DNA of 63,353 nt, the filler included. It is 6 parts of 6 records of this genome, joined end to end, with 100 filler letters (N's around TTAATTAATTAA, not from the genome) between each part and the next. Parts side by side here need not be neighbours in the genome. Positions count along the whole stretch, not along the records: positions 39,793 to 56,190 come from SRR20825010_3250; 5 more parts are not named here. The stretch is one strand, 5' to 3'. Under the pieces are notes generated by a model. The model was not told the origin of the DNA and searched no databases. It saw only the letters and a program-made list of their open reading frames with translations. Shown in pieces: positions 42,115 to 51,345 of this stretch (position 1 is its first letter; each line of letters opens with the position of its first letter). The position numbers and the translations under genes were made by a program.

Positions 42115-43340
42115 TTGAAACCCCGCTTCATCATTTCAATGCGGGCAATCACGCCTTTGTGCACTTCATCCGGGCCGTCGGCAAGGCGCAGGCTGCGGGC
42201 CTGAATGTAGAAACCTGAAAGTGGAGTGTCGCGGCTAACCCCTGCACCGCCGTGCATTTGAATGGCCATGTCTACCACCTGCTCCAGCACATTGGGGGCA
42301 ACCACTTTGATGGCTGCAATTTCTGTCATTGCACCCAAGGCACCTTGTTGGTCCAGCTTCCATGCGGCATACAGTGTCAGCAAACGGGCCTGGTCGATGG
42401 CCAGGCGAGCCTCTGCAACACGTTCGCGGTTTCCGCCCAAATTAATCAGCGGTTTGCCAAATGCAACACGGCTGATGCCGCGCTTGATCATCAAGTCCAG
42501 CGATTCCTCCGCCGCACCAATGCAGCGCATGCAGTGGTGAATGCGGCCTGGCCCCAGGCGACCTTGCGCAATTTCGAACCCCTTTCCCAAACCGGCAATC
42601 ACATTGCCCAACGGCACACGCACATTGTTGAACTCCACCTCGCCGTGACCGTGGGGTTCATCGTAGGTGCCGAACACGGGCAGCATGCGTTTGATGGTAA
42701 CGCCTGGTGTATTCAAGGGCACCAGCACCATGGTGTGCTGGTGGTGGCGGTCTGCATCCGGGTTTTCAGTGCGGGCCATCACGATGGCAATTTTCGCGCG
42801 TGGGTCGCCAATGCCGCTGCTCCACCACTTGGTGCCATTGATCACCACCTCATCGCCTTCAAGTGTGGCGGTGGCTTGCATATTGGTGGCGTCGCTGCTG
42901 GCCACATCGGGTTCGGTCATGCAAAACACCGATCGAATTTCACCGGCCAACAAGGGTTCTAGCCATTCTTTTTTCTGTGCTTCGCTGCCGTATTTCCACA
43001 GCACTTCCATGTTGCCAGTGTCGGGCGCAGCGCAGTTGAATACCTCGGGGGCTATCAGGCTGCGGCCAGTTTCCTCGGCCACCAGCGCGTATTCCATGGT
43101 GCTTAGGCCAGCGCCCAGTTTGTCGTCGGGTAAAAACATGTTCCACAAACCGGCTTCGCGCGCCTTGCTTTTCAAGGCTTCCATTTCCGGTGGGATGCGC
43201 CAATTATTCCATTCGCGGCCATTGCATTGGGCCTCGATTTTGTCCCAGTAGGCCGCTTCAAGTGGGGTAATTTCGTTTTTCATGAAGGCGCGGACGCGCT
43301 TTACAAAGTCTTGCGCCTTGGCGCTGGGCTGAAAATTCAC
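42111..43340 (-). CDS. Acyl-CoA dehydrogenase (ACAD10/11-like)
   Basis: FNCAAPDTGNMEVL, MTEPDVASSDATN, QGRLGPGRIHHCMR and RLADGPDEVH. GTG 43340 follows SD CAGGAG. Confidence 0.93.
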   Translation of the reverse strand: MNFQPSAKAQDFVKRVRAFMKNEITPLEAAYWDKIEAQCNGREWNNWRIPPEMEALKSKAREAGLWNMFLPDDKLGAGLSTMEYALVAEETGRSLIAPEVFNCAAPDTGNMEVLWKYGSEAQKKEWLEPLLAGEIRSVFCMTEPDVASSDATNMQATATLEGDEVVINGTKWWSSGIGDPRAKIAIVMARTENPDADRHHQHTMVLVPLNTPGVTIKRMLPVFGTYDEPHGHGEVEFNNVRVPLGNVIAGLGKGFEIAQGRLGPGRIHHCMRCIGAAEESLDLMIKRGISRVAFGKPLINLGGNRERVAEARLAIDQARLLTLYAAWKLDQQGALGAMTEIAAIKVVAPNVLEQVVDMAIQMHGGAGVSRDTPLSGFYIQARSLRLADGPDEVHKGVIARIEMMKRGFK

Positions 43341-43379
43341 GACATGTCTCCTGATTATTTTTCGGCTCGGCTTGTTTCC

Positions 43380-43403
43380 TCCGATATCATCCATGCTATC
43401 GGA
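43380..43403. promoter_or_regulatory. Inverted repeat in the divergent promoter region
   Basis: TCCGATA-N10-TATCGGA. Confidence 0.4.
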
Positions 43404-43423
43404 AAATACAAGGTGTCAACAAC

Positions 43424-44602
43424 ATGCGTGCTTTTGGCAAAGTTTTGATTGCAATTGTTTTGTTGCCAGTGGTGGTCATTGGGGGCGTGGTGGTGTTTGG
43501 TGATACGCCGGTAGAACCTGTGGCCTGGAAACCTGCACCCATGCCCAGCTTGAATTCTGGCCCATACGGCAGCAACGATTTGTTGAAAGATGCACAAGTG
43601 TTTGGCACCGACAACCTGCTGCAACCCGAATCGATTGCCCCTGGCCTCGATGGGCTGCTGTACACCGGCATGAACACAGGCGAAATTGTGCGCTTTAACC
43701 CAGCCACAACACAGTTGCCCCAGAACCCGCAAACCACACCATTTGATTTGATTGCCAACACAAAAGGCCGCCCTTTGGGCTTGGTGTTTCATCCCGAAGG
43801 TTATTTGGTGGTGGCCGATGGAATACAGGGTTTGTTGAAAGTCACCTTACAAGGTGAGGTCACGGTATTAAGCACGGAATCAGAAGGTGTGCCATTCAAG
43901 TTTGTGGACGATGTGGCGGTAAGCGAGGATGGACGCTACGCTTATTTTTCAGACGCATCCAGTAAATTTGATTTGAACAATTACGTGCTTGATGTAATAG
44001 AACACGGCGGCAATGGCCGCCTGCTGCGCTTCGATTTTCAAACAGGTGAAACTCAAACCCTGTTGCGCAATTTGCAGTTTGCCAACGGCGTAACCTTGTC
44101 GAAGGCGGGCGACTACGTGCTGGTCAACGAAACCGCCGCGTACCGAATCACGCGCTATTGGCTGTCAGGCAAGAAGGCAGGAACAAGCGACACCTTCATC
44201 GATGGCCTTCCTGGCTTTCCCGACAATATTCGAACCGATGCCGACGGCAATTACTGGGTGGCCATTCCAAGCCTTCGAGACCCCATGCTGGATTCACTTG
44301 CAGACAAACCCACGGTTCGCAAAGCGTTGGCCAAATTGTTGAACCATGTGCAATTTCCCATCAAGCCCCACGCCATGGCGCTGGCTGTAAACCCGGCCGG
44401 GGTTGTGATTGCGAACTTGCAGGCCGACAAGGCAGGCGATTATTATTACTACGTGACACAAGTGACACCCTTTGGTGGCAAACTGTATTTGGGTTCTGTG
44501 CACATCAATGGGGTTGCCACTGTTGCCAATCCCGGTTTAGAAGATTTACCCCACCTTGGGGGAAGTGTAAATTCTTCCCCTGTTTTGCATCCGTCTTATT
44601 AA
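43424..44602 (+). CDS. Strictosidine synthase-like / SMP-30 beta-propeller hydrolase (APMAP-like)
   Basis: N-terminal anchor; PES, GRPLGL, FSDASSK, FANGV and LPGFPDNI. Confidence 0.9.
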   Translation: MRAFGKVLIAIVLLPVVVIGGVVVFGDTPVEPVAWKPAPMPSLNSGPYGSNDLLKDAQVFGTDNLLQPESIAPGLDGLLYTGMNTGEIVRFNPATTQLPQNPQTTPFDLIANTKGRPLGLVFHPEGYLVVADGIQGLLKVTLQGEVTVLSTESEGVPFKFVDDVAVSEDGRYAYFSDASSKFDLNNYVLDVIEHGGNGRLLRFDFQTGETQTLLRNLQFANGVTLSKAGDYVLVNETAAYRITRYWLSGKKAGTSDTFIDGLPGFPDNIRTDADGNYWVAIPSLRDPMLDSLADKPTVRKALAKLLNHVQFPIKPHAMALAVNPAGVVIANLQADKAGDYYYYVTQVTPFGGKLYLGSVHINGVATVANPGLEDLPHLGGSVNSSPVLHPSY

Positions 44603-44611
44603 CCAAGGTGT
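44586..44611 (+). promoter_or_regulatory. Candidate ECF autoregulatory promoter
   Basis: TGCATCC-N15-GTGT about 10 nt before the sigma start; the same motif and spacing recur at 47691-47716 on the minus strand. Confidence 0.6.
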
Positions 44612-44620
44612 AGTGTTAAC

Positions 44621-45169
44621 GTGACTGACAAAAGCTCTCCAGACCCGAGTGACTTCGACTACGAGGCGGCTTTGCTTGCATGCGCTCGTGGAGAAAAGTT
44701 TGCCCTCCAGGCCATCTATGCACGCGATAGCCGCTGGTTGTTTGCCGTGGCTTACCGCATCGTCAAACGCCGTGAACTGGCCGAAGAAGTGTTGCACGAC
44801 GCCATGGTAAAAGTATGGAGTCGATCCCGCTTGTATTCCCCTGCGTTGGGGTCTGCGCGGGGATGGGTCTACACGGTGGTTCGAAACCAGGCGTTAAACA
44901 GCGTGCGCAAGCGCATGATGGAAGTGTCGACCGAGGATTTTGATGTACCTGAACTGTCGACCACAGACAACCAGGAACTTGCGCAGGAAGCAGACAAGCT
45001 AAGCACGTGTCTGGGTAAGCTGGATGAAACCAAACGAAACGCCATTGTGCTGGCCTTCGTTGATGGGTATACCCACGAACAAATTGCACAACGATTGGAA
45101 TCGCCCCTCGGCAGTGTAAAAAGCTGGATACGCCGGGGATTGTTGAAATTGAAGGAGTGTTTGTCATGA
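44621..45169 (+). CDS. ECF sigma factor (SigK/ECF26-like)
   Basis: AEEVLHDAMVKVW, WVYTVVRN and THEQIA..LESPLGSVKSWIRRGL. Confidence 0.92.
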   Translation: MTDKSSPDPSDFDYEAALLACARGEKFALQAIYARDSRWLFAVAYRIVKRRELAEEVLHDAMVKVWSRSRLYSPALGSARGWVYTVVRNQALNSVRKRMMEVSTEDFDVPELSTTDNQELAQEADKLSTCLGKLDETKRNAIVLAFVDGYTHEQIAQRLESPLGSVKSWIRRGLLKLKECLS

Positions 45170-45879
45170 CAGAGTCGCAGACAGAGGCCAGGGTAATTGA
45201 GGCCGGCGAGTACGTGCTCGGCGTGATGACAGATGCCGAGCGTCAGGATTTTGAACGGCGTTTGAATCAAGATCCCGAATTGGCCAGGGAAGTTGTTTAC
45301 TGGACAGACCATTTCGCGGCCATGTCCAGAAAGCTGGAACAGGAGCCCGTGAACCCCAGGGTGTGGACCCAGGTTGACAAGTCGTTGGCTGCCCAAAAAG
45401 GATCGGGCCTGGTTGAATCCTCGCCCTTTGCGTGGCTGTGGAAGGGCTGGGCTGTTGCAGCCAGTGCAGCAGTGGTGGTGTTGGGTGTGCAACTTTTTGG
45501 CACAAGCCAGGAATTGAGCAGCGGGCCCCGCTATGTTGCTGTAATGAAAAGCCCTGACAAGTCCACAGAGTGGCTGGTTGAGGCACGCCCGAATGAAACC
45601 ATTCGCGTGTATCAAATTGGCGGTTTGCCCATTGAAGGCAATCCGGCGAACATGGGCAAGTCGCTGCAATTGTGGACCAAGGCACCAAGTGACCCTGGCC
45701 CCACTTCGCTGGGTTTGATGGAACTTGGAAAACCAATGGAACTGCCAGCTGACATGTTGCCCAAGCTGGTTGAACAACAGTTGTTTGAAGTCACTTTGGA
45801 GCCCAAAGAAGGCTCGCCTTACAGTGACAAACCCACTGGCCCGATCATGTTTATCGGCACTGCGGTTGCGCTGAAGTAA
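45166..45879 (+). CDS. RskA-type anti-sigma factor
   Basis: AGEYVLG, one transmembrane segment, SLQLW and FEVTLEP.EGSP...PTGP. ATGA overlap with the sigma gene. Confidence 0.88.
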   Translation: MTESQTEARVIEAGEYVLGVMTDAERQDFERRLNQDPELAREVVYWTDHFAAMSRKLEQEPVNPRVWTQVDKSLAAQKGSGLVESSPFAWLWKGWAVAASAAVVVLGVQLFGTSQELSSGPRYVAVMKSPDKSTEWLVEARPNETIRVYQIGGLPIEGNPANMGKSLQLWTKAPSDPGPTSLGLMELGKPMELPADMLPKLVEQQLFEVTLEPKEGSPYSDKPTGPIMFIGTAVALK

Positions 45880-45893
45880 ATTGTGTTGGGAAT

Positions 45894-45930
45894 AAAAAAC
45901 CCCCGGTCTTTTGAACCGGGGGTTTTTGTT
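45894..45930. terminator. Bidirectional intrinsic terminator
   Basis: AAAAACCCCCGGT...ACCGGGGGTTTTT between convergent genes. Confidence 0.9.
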
Positions 45931-47631
45931 TTAGAAACGAACGCTGAGTGCGCGAATGTCGGTACTTGCCGTAGCGCCCGAACCGATTTCGTTGGTGCCA
46001 CTTGCTACGCCTGCCGTAGTTGCCTGGCCAGTGGCCAGGTTGACCGTGAACAGGCTGAATACACCTGTGGTCAACACGCGGTTGCTCATTAGCACCATGC
46101 CGTTGTCGCCGCCGGAAACATCAAAACCGCCGTAGTCGTTGAAGGTACCAATTGGTCCAATCTCGGCCAGGGTTCCGCCGTTGGCGTTGGTCTGTTGCAA
46201 AAGCCGGTTGTTGTCGGCGTCCACATCAAACAAACGGGTGCCTGCTGGTGCAGGGTTGGCAAAGCTGTTGGTGTAGGCAATTTGAGCAATGCCAAAGCCT
46301 GTGGTAACACCATTCAAGGTCAGGTCTGTGTCAGTGTTGGTGGTTCCAGTGCTTTCCAGGTTGGCCCCGGGAACACGGTAGTTCTTGGATGCACCGTCAC
46401 CTTCGGGTGAACTGACAATGCGCAGTGCATCGGCTGCCGGGTTGATGTCGATGGCGTAGTTTTTACCAGCAGCCAAGCCATTCACAATGTCCGTGGCCAC
46501 GCTGAGCGTGGAACCCAGGGTGGCTGCACCTGTGTCTGGGTTGATCGTGAAAATTTTTCCTGCGCTGCTCAAGCCGTACAGGCGACCGTTGCTGGGGCGG
46601 AAGTCAATCGACAGCAAACGTTCGCCTGAAGGCAAGCCGGTAACTGCAGTGGCCGTTGCGGTGTTGGGTGTGCGAATACCAAACTTCAACAAGCGTTGCG
46701 AACCGGCGGTGTTGCCATCCAAAGCAACTGCTGTGGGTGCGGTGGGTTGCACCAAAGCCATGCCCACAATGCCTGATATGTTCAGCGTACCCACAGCCAC
46801 AGCTGCTGGGCCAGCCACTGGCAATGTCGCGGTTGAATCAGGGATGGCAATGGTGTGAAACACCACGCTGCCGCCCACGTTCAGCAATGCGTAGCCCCGG
46901 TTATTGCGCGCATCAATGTCAAAACCGACCATGCCACTTGCGTTAACACCCAGCGGTGCTGCAACCACTTGTGTGCCGTCGTTGGGGGGGTTCTGGAATG
47001 TCAGGTTGTCGCCCACGGTGTCAATGTTCAGCAAGCGGGTGTTGGTGGTGCCGTCAAACGAATTGGTGTAGGCAGCGCCAGAAATATCTGCAGCAGCATC
47101 CGATACCGTGCCGTCAACAAACGTTTCGCCGGCTGTTCGCCCAGTTGCGTTCGCCACGAAAATGCGCAGGTTTTGGCCTGTGTCACTGATCAGGCGCAGT
47201 GCGTCTGCTGCCGGGTTAAAGTCAACGCTGAATGAAGTGGCTGCCGCGTCCAGTGTGGTGTATGGGCCGTTCACTGTTGGGGTTGCAGCAGGCATTAATG
47301 TTGCGCCCGCAGTGGCTGCACCCGTTGTGGTGTTGATGGTGTACAAACGTCCACCATTGCCCGGGGATGTTCTTGCAATGGCGTACAGCATGCCATCGCG
47401 GGGGCGGAAATCAATGCCCAGCAGCGTGTCGCCGCTCATCACGCCAGAAACTGAAACAGATGTCCTTACAACACTGGGGTCTGTCCGGTTGAATGTGGCA
47501 AGTTGATTGTTGGATGTAAGCACCATCACATCGCCGGCGCTCAACGACGGATCGTCATTGCTTGAAAGGCATCCACCCAGCACTACGCCAGACACAGCCA
47601 GCGCCAACCATTTCATCTTGAATTTTGTCAT
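45931..47631 (-). CDS. Lipoprotein with two DUF4394 domains
   Basis: Lipobox LGGC; repeated IDFRP..G.LY, D.NPAADALR and AYTNSF motifs. Confidence 0.88.
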   Translation of the reverse strand: MTKFKMKWLALAVSGVVLGGCLSSNDDPSLSAGDVMVLTSNNQLATFNRTDPSVVRTSVSVSGVMSGDTLLGIDFRPRDGMLYAIARTSPGNGGRLYTINTTTGAATAGATLMPAATPTVNGPYTTLDAAATSFSVDFNPAADALRLISDTGQNLRIFVANATGRTAGETFVDGTVSDAAADISGAAYTNSFDGTTNTRLLNIDTVGDNLTFQNPPNDGTQVVAAPLGVNASGMVGFDIDARNNRGYALLNVGGSVVFHTIAIPDSTATLPVAGPAAVAVGTLNISGIVGMALVQPTAPTAVALDGNTAGSQRLLKFGIRTPNTATATAVTGLPSGERLLSIDFRPSNGRLYGLSSAGKIFTINPDTGAATLGSTLSVATDIVNGLAAGKNYAIDINPAADALRIVSSPEGDGASKNYRVPGANLESTGTTNTDTDLTLNGVTTGFGIAQIAYTNSFANPAPAGTRLFDVDADNNRLLQQTNANGGTLAEIGPIGTFNDYGGFDVSGGDNGMVLMSNRVLTTGVFSLFTVNLATGQATTAGVASGTNEIGSGATASTDIRALSVRF

Positions 47632-47690
47632 TTGATCCCTCTGTCGGTCATTCAAAAAGCAGCGTCAAACCCGAAGGCGACACAGTTAGA

Positions 47691-47716
47691 ACACTGACAG
47701 TGATCTTCTGGATGCA
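47691..47716 (-). promoter_or_regulatory. Candidate ECF target promoter of the DUF4394 gene
   Basis: TGCATCC-N15-GTGT on the minus strand, matching 44586-44611. Confidence 0.6.
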
Positions 47717-47717
47717 G

Positions 47718-48428
47718 TTAGCTGGTTTGCGCTTTGCGCTTCAGTTTTTCCAGGTTCAGAATTTCAATATTGCCCCGTCCCAGTAGCAGTAGCCCTTCAT
47801 TTTCAAGTTCCTTGAGCATCTGGTTGACGGTTTGCCGTGAAATGGACAGCATGGCCGACAACTTTTCCTGCGACACATGCAGCGTGCGGGCGCTCACGGT
47901 GTCGCTGTCGGATCGTATGCCATAACCCTCAGCCATTTGAAGAAGCCGCCGTGCAAGCCGCATTGGGGTGGGTAGCAGGGCCGCATCTTCAATGGCACCG
48001 AAGATCAGGCGAACTTTCTGGGTTAGCAGCAAACCGAATTCGCGCCAGTAGTTGGGGTTTTCTGAAATCAGCTGGTCCAGCAGGCTTTGCCGAACATGCA
48101 GCACGGTGACCGGTCCATCTGCCAGCGCATCGTGCGTGCGGGGTTGTCGGTCAAACAGGCAAATTTCACCGAACCAGTCGGGTGGGTCGATCAGCGTCAA
48201 AATGACGTGTTTGTCTTCTGCGCCATGTTTGTTGGCGCCTACTATTTGAACCGAACCATTTAACATGGCATACAGCCCGTCGGCGCAGTCGCCTCTTGAG
48301 AACAGACGCTGCCCGTTCTGAAACTGGCGCACCACGCCGTGTTTAAGCAAGGCCTGTTGCAGATTTGGAGGCAGGTTGGCGAACCAGCGCCCCCGGTTCA
48401 GAATTTGTTGAAGATTGCTTGTTTGCAT
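47718..48428 (-). CDS. Crp/Fnr family transcriptional regulator
   Basis: WFGEICLFD..PRTHDA; helix-turn-helix SQEKLSAMLSISRQTVN. Confidence 0.92.
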   Translation of the reverse strand: MQTSNLQQILNRGRWFANLPPNLQQALLKHGVVRQFQNGQRLFSRGDCADGLYAMLNGSVQIVGANKHGAEDKHVILTLIDPPDWFGEICLFDRQPRTHDALADGPVTVLHVRQSLLDQLISENPNYWREFGLLLTQKVRLIFGAIEDAALLPTPMRLARRLLQMAEGYGIRSDSDTVSARTLHVSQEKLSAMLSISRQTVNQMLKELENEGLLLLGRGNIEILNLEKLKRKAQTS

Positions 48429-48540
48429 TGTATTTTTTTATGTCTCCACCTTTCCTTCTAAATTAGCATCAAATGTCAGGCAATTGACAGACCTTTGGTT
48501 TCTGATTTGTAACCATAGGGTTTGTTTAAGGAGAACACCC

Positions 48541-49062
48541 ATGAGAACTTTGGTCGATCAGCTGGCGACTTACGCAACGTATCACCGCGATCCCCGCAAC
48601 ATTGCAACCCACTTTGTGGGCGTGCCCATCATTGTGTTGTCAGTGCTCATCCTGTTGTCCAGGTTTTCCGTGGACGTGGCAGGCGTCGCTGTAACACCAG
48701 CCTTGGTGGTCTTTTTGTTGTCCAGTCTGTTTTACTTCAAGCTGAGCATTGGTTACGGTTTGGCCATGTTCCTGATCCACGGTGCCTTATTGATCGTGGC
48801 TGGCCAGTTTGCCACGCTGGGCATGGCTGCCTGGCTGGGCGCAGGCGTGGGTATTTTTGTGGTGGGCTGGGTTATTCAGTTTATCGGCCATTACTACGAA
48901 GGGCGCAAACCCGCTTTCGTGGACGACCTGATCGGCTTGGCCATCGGCCCACTGTTTGTGGTCGCTGAAATGGGATTCCTGATTGGCCTGGGCAAGAAAA
49001 CCCAAGCACATGTGGAAGCCATTGCCGGGCCTGTGCGTCGCCGCGATCGCGTTGGCGTTTGA
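48541..49062 (+). CDS. DUF962 / Mpo1-like membrane protein
   Basis: YATYHRDPRNIATHFVGVP; GWVIQFIGHYYEGRKPAFVDD. SD AAGGAG. Confidence 0.9.
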   Translation: MRTLVDQLATYATYHRDPRNIATHFVGVPIIVLSVLILLSRFSVDVAGVAVTPALVVFLLSSLFYFKLSIGYGLAMFLIHGALLIVAGQFATLGMAAWLGAGVGIFVVGWVIQFIGHYYEGRKPAFVDDLIGLAIGPLFVVAEMGFLIGLGKKTQAHVEAIAGPVRRRDRVGV

Positions 49063-49078
49063 ATGCAGTAAATGGGGC

Positions 49079-49411
49079 TTAAAACCCCCAGTGCACATCC
49101 ACATTCTTCTTCTGGGCCTCCTCCAGCATTTTCAACAGGGGGTAGGCCCGTTGCTCCAGGCTGACATGGTTTTTCAGCGCAATTTTTTCTTCCAGGCTTA
49201 ACTCGTCTTCATTGACCGGATTGCCGGCCCTGGCCATGCGTTCCGTGTTGATGGCAGCCACCAACTGCGCATGCGCATGCGTCAGGTCTTTGGGCTCAAT
49301 CACCCCGCGGGCACTGGGCTCGATCCCCATGATTCGAAACATTTGCTCAGCATTGGATTTGAACATCACAATGTCGCCCGCTGCCTTGGACTTGAATTTA
49401 ACGATACCCAT
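49079..49411 (-). CDS. DUF1840 family protein
   Basis: FKSKAAGDIVM...VSLEQRAYPLLKML...VHWG. Confidence 0.8.
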   Translation of the reverse strand: MGIVKFKSKAAGDIVMFKSNAEQMFRIMGIEPSARGVIEPKDLTHAHAQLVAAINTERMARAGNPVNEDELSLEEKIALKNHVSLEQRAYPLLKMLEEAQKKNVDVHWGF

Positions 49412-49501
49412 TCTGTTCGCACTCTGGTGATTACTGCTGTTGATCTGCCGGAAGTGCACCTACAATGGTGCACCTGCTCAATTTTCGCTTCAAAGCGCTT
49501 C

Positions 49502-50044
49502 ATGAATTCATTTTTAAGCAAAAGCCGCCGCATTTTTATTGGTCTGTTTGCATTATGGGCCCTTGCCGGGTGTTCACCACAGTACAACTGGCGCACCGTG
49601 CCAAACGCCGATGTGGGTTACATGGCTACCTTTCCTGACAAACCCGCACAAGTTACCCGCACCCTGGATTTGATCGGGCTGCAAGTACCCCTGACCATGC
49701 ATGCGACACAAGTGGACGGCCTGTATTTTGCAGTGGGCACGGTTCCCCTGCAAGGCGAATTGCAAATTCAAAGCATTGCCCTGCGCGATGCTTTGGCGCA
49801 ATCGGTCGCCAACAACATTGCTGCGGGTAAGCCAGAACTGAATCAGATTCAATGGCTGGGAAAGGCGGCATATGAAATGTCGGTCACCGGGACATTGCCT
49901 GACGGGCGGGCCGCATTTGCCCAAGCGCGTTTTTTCGAACATCGCGGCACCTTGTATGAAGTCCTGATCATGGGGGGCAGTGAACAGCTCGACCCCAACG
50001 CGCCAACCACCTGGTTTGGCGGGTTTTCTCTCTCGGGGCAATGA
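49502..50044 (+). CDS. Hypothetical lipoprotein
   Basis: LAGC lipobox followed by SPQYNWR. Confidence 0.75.
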   Translation: MNSFLSKSRRIFIGLFALWALAGCSPQYNWRTVPNADVGYMATFPDKPAQVTRTLDLIGLQVPLTMHATQVDGLYFAVGTVPLQGELQIQSIALRDALAQSVANNIAAGKPELNQIQWLGKAAYEMSVTGTLPDGRAAFAQARFFEHRGTLYEVLIMGGSEQLDPNAPTTWFGGFSLSGQ

Positions 50045-51345
50045 TGCGGTACAACCCCGACAACGTGTCCCGGGAAATTGGCCCAGACGGTCTTGAGCAC
50101 ATGTACGTCAACGGCGCGCTGGCTATTCGTATTTTTGTTATTTTTGCGCTGGCCTACGTCATGTCGTACGCCTTCCGGGCGATCAATGCGGTGATTGCGC
50201 AGCCCTTGGTGGCTGAACTGGGTTTGTCAGCCAGTCAATTGGGTTTTCTGGCGTCCGCCTACTTTTTGTCTTTTGCGGTGATGCAATTGCCGGTGGGGGT
50301 GATGCTGGATCGCTATGGCCCACGCCGCGTGGAAGCCGTGTTGATTGGTTTTGCCGCCTTGGGTGCCGTGCTGTTTGCAGTGGCTGAATCGTATGCTGTT
50401 CTGTGGTTGGGCCGTGCCTTGATTGGCGTGGGTGTGTCTGCTTGCCTGATGGCCGCTGTCAAAGCATATTCCCTGTACTTTCGCCCACACATGCAGGCCA
50501 GTCTGTCGTCTTGGATGCTGGTTGCGGGGTCCCTGGGGGCACTTACGGTCACCACGCCTGTTGAAGCCGCTTTGCCGTATCTGGGTTGGCGCGGTGTTTT
50601 CGGTCTGGCCGCCGTGTTGTGCGTGTTGGCGGGGCTGGCGCTGTGGTTTGTGTTGCCCAAATTGTTCAAGCCCCAAAAAACTGAATCGGTTGGCGACATG
50701 GCGCAAGGTTACCGCGCCATTTATGCGCACCCGCATTTTTGGCGTGTGGCACCGCTGGCCATGATCACACAGGGTGGTTTCATGGCGTTTCACGGCCTTT
50801 GGGTGGGGCCGTGGTTTACCAATGTGATTGGCCTGAGCAACGCCCAGGCCGCGCAGAACATGTTCTGGATTTCAGCCGTGTTGATGGCCGGTTACCTTGC
50901 CTTGGGTTTTTTAACACGCCGCGTGTCCAAGGCGGGGGGCGATGAAGACCAGATCATGTTGATTGGCATGGGGTTGTCGCTGGTAATTTTTGCCGTTCAA
51001 ATTGTGCAGGGCGCCCAGTCGGGTTTGTGGGGTTGGTTGGTGCATGCATTCCTGATTTCTTCCGGCATCATGACCTACGCCACCTGCAACAAGCCTTTCC
51101 CGAAAAAGCTGACCGGGCGATCCAGTACAGCCTTGAATTTGCTGATTTTCATCGGCGCGTTCAGTATCCAGTGGGGCATTGGTGTGGGCATTGATGCGTT
51201 TGTTGCCGCAGGCTTTACCAGCACCGACGCCATGCGTTTTTCACTGGCAGCTTTGTGGGTTGCGCAGTTGCTCAGCTGGCTGTGGTATGCCCGGCCTGGG
51301 CGCAAAACCAGTCATTTGATCTCGCTAAGCGATTTGCGGTATTGA
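50041..51345 (+). CDS. MFS transporter
   Basis: MQLPVGVMLDRYGPRR (motif A); about 12 transmembrane segments. Confidence 0.9.
   Translation: MMRYNPDNVSREIGPDGLEHMYVNGALAIRIFVIFALAYVMSYAFRAINAVIAQPLVAELGLSASQLGFLASAYFLSFAVMQLPVGVMLDRYGPRRVEAVLIGFAALGAVLFAVAESYAVLWLGRALIGVGVSACLMAAVKAYSLYFRPHMQASLSSWMLVAGSLGALTVTTPVEAALPYLGWRGVFGLAAVLCVLAGLALWFVLPKLFKPQKTESVGDMAQGYRAIYAHPHFWRVAPLAMITQGGFMAFHGLWVGPWFTNVIGLSNAQAAQNMFWISAVLMAGYLALGFLTRRVSKAGGDEDQIMLIGMGLSLVIFAVQIVQGAQSGLWGWLVHAFLISSGIMTYATCNKPFPKKLTGRSSTALNLLIFIGAFSIQWGIGVGIDAFVAAGFTSTDAMRFSLAALWVAQLLSWLWYARPGRKTSHLISLSDLRY

Noticed and set aside
51312-51345. 34-bp convergent overlap of MFS and comM; comM as an integration hotspot
   Set aside because: Short 3' overlaps are common, and comM is intact with no inserted element.
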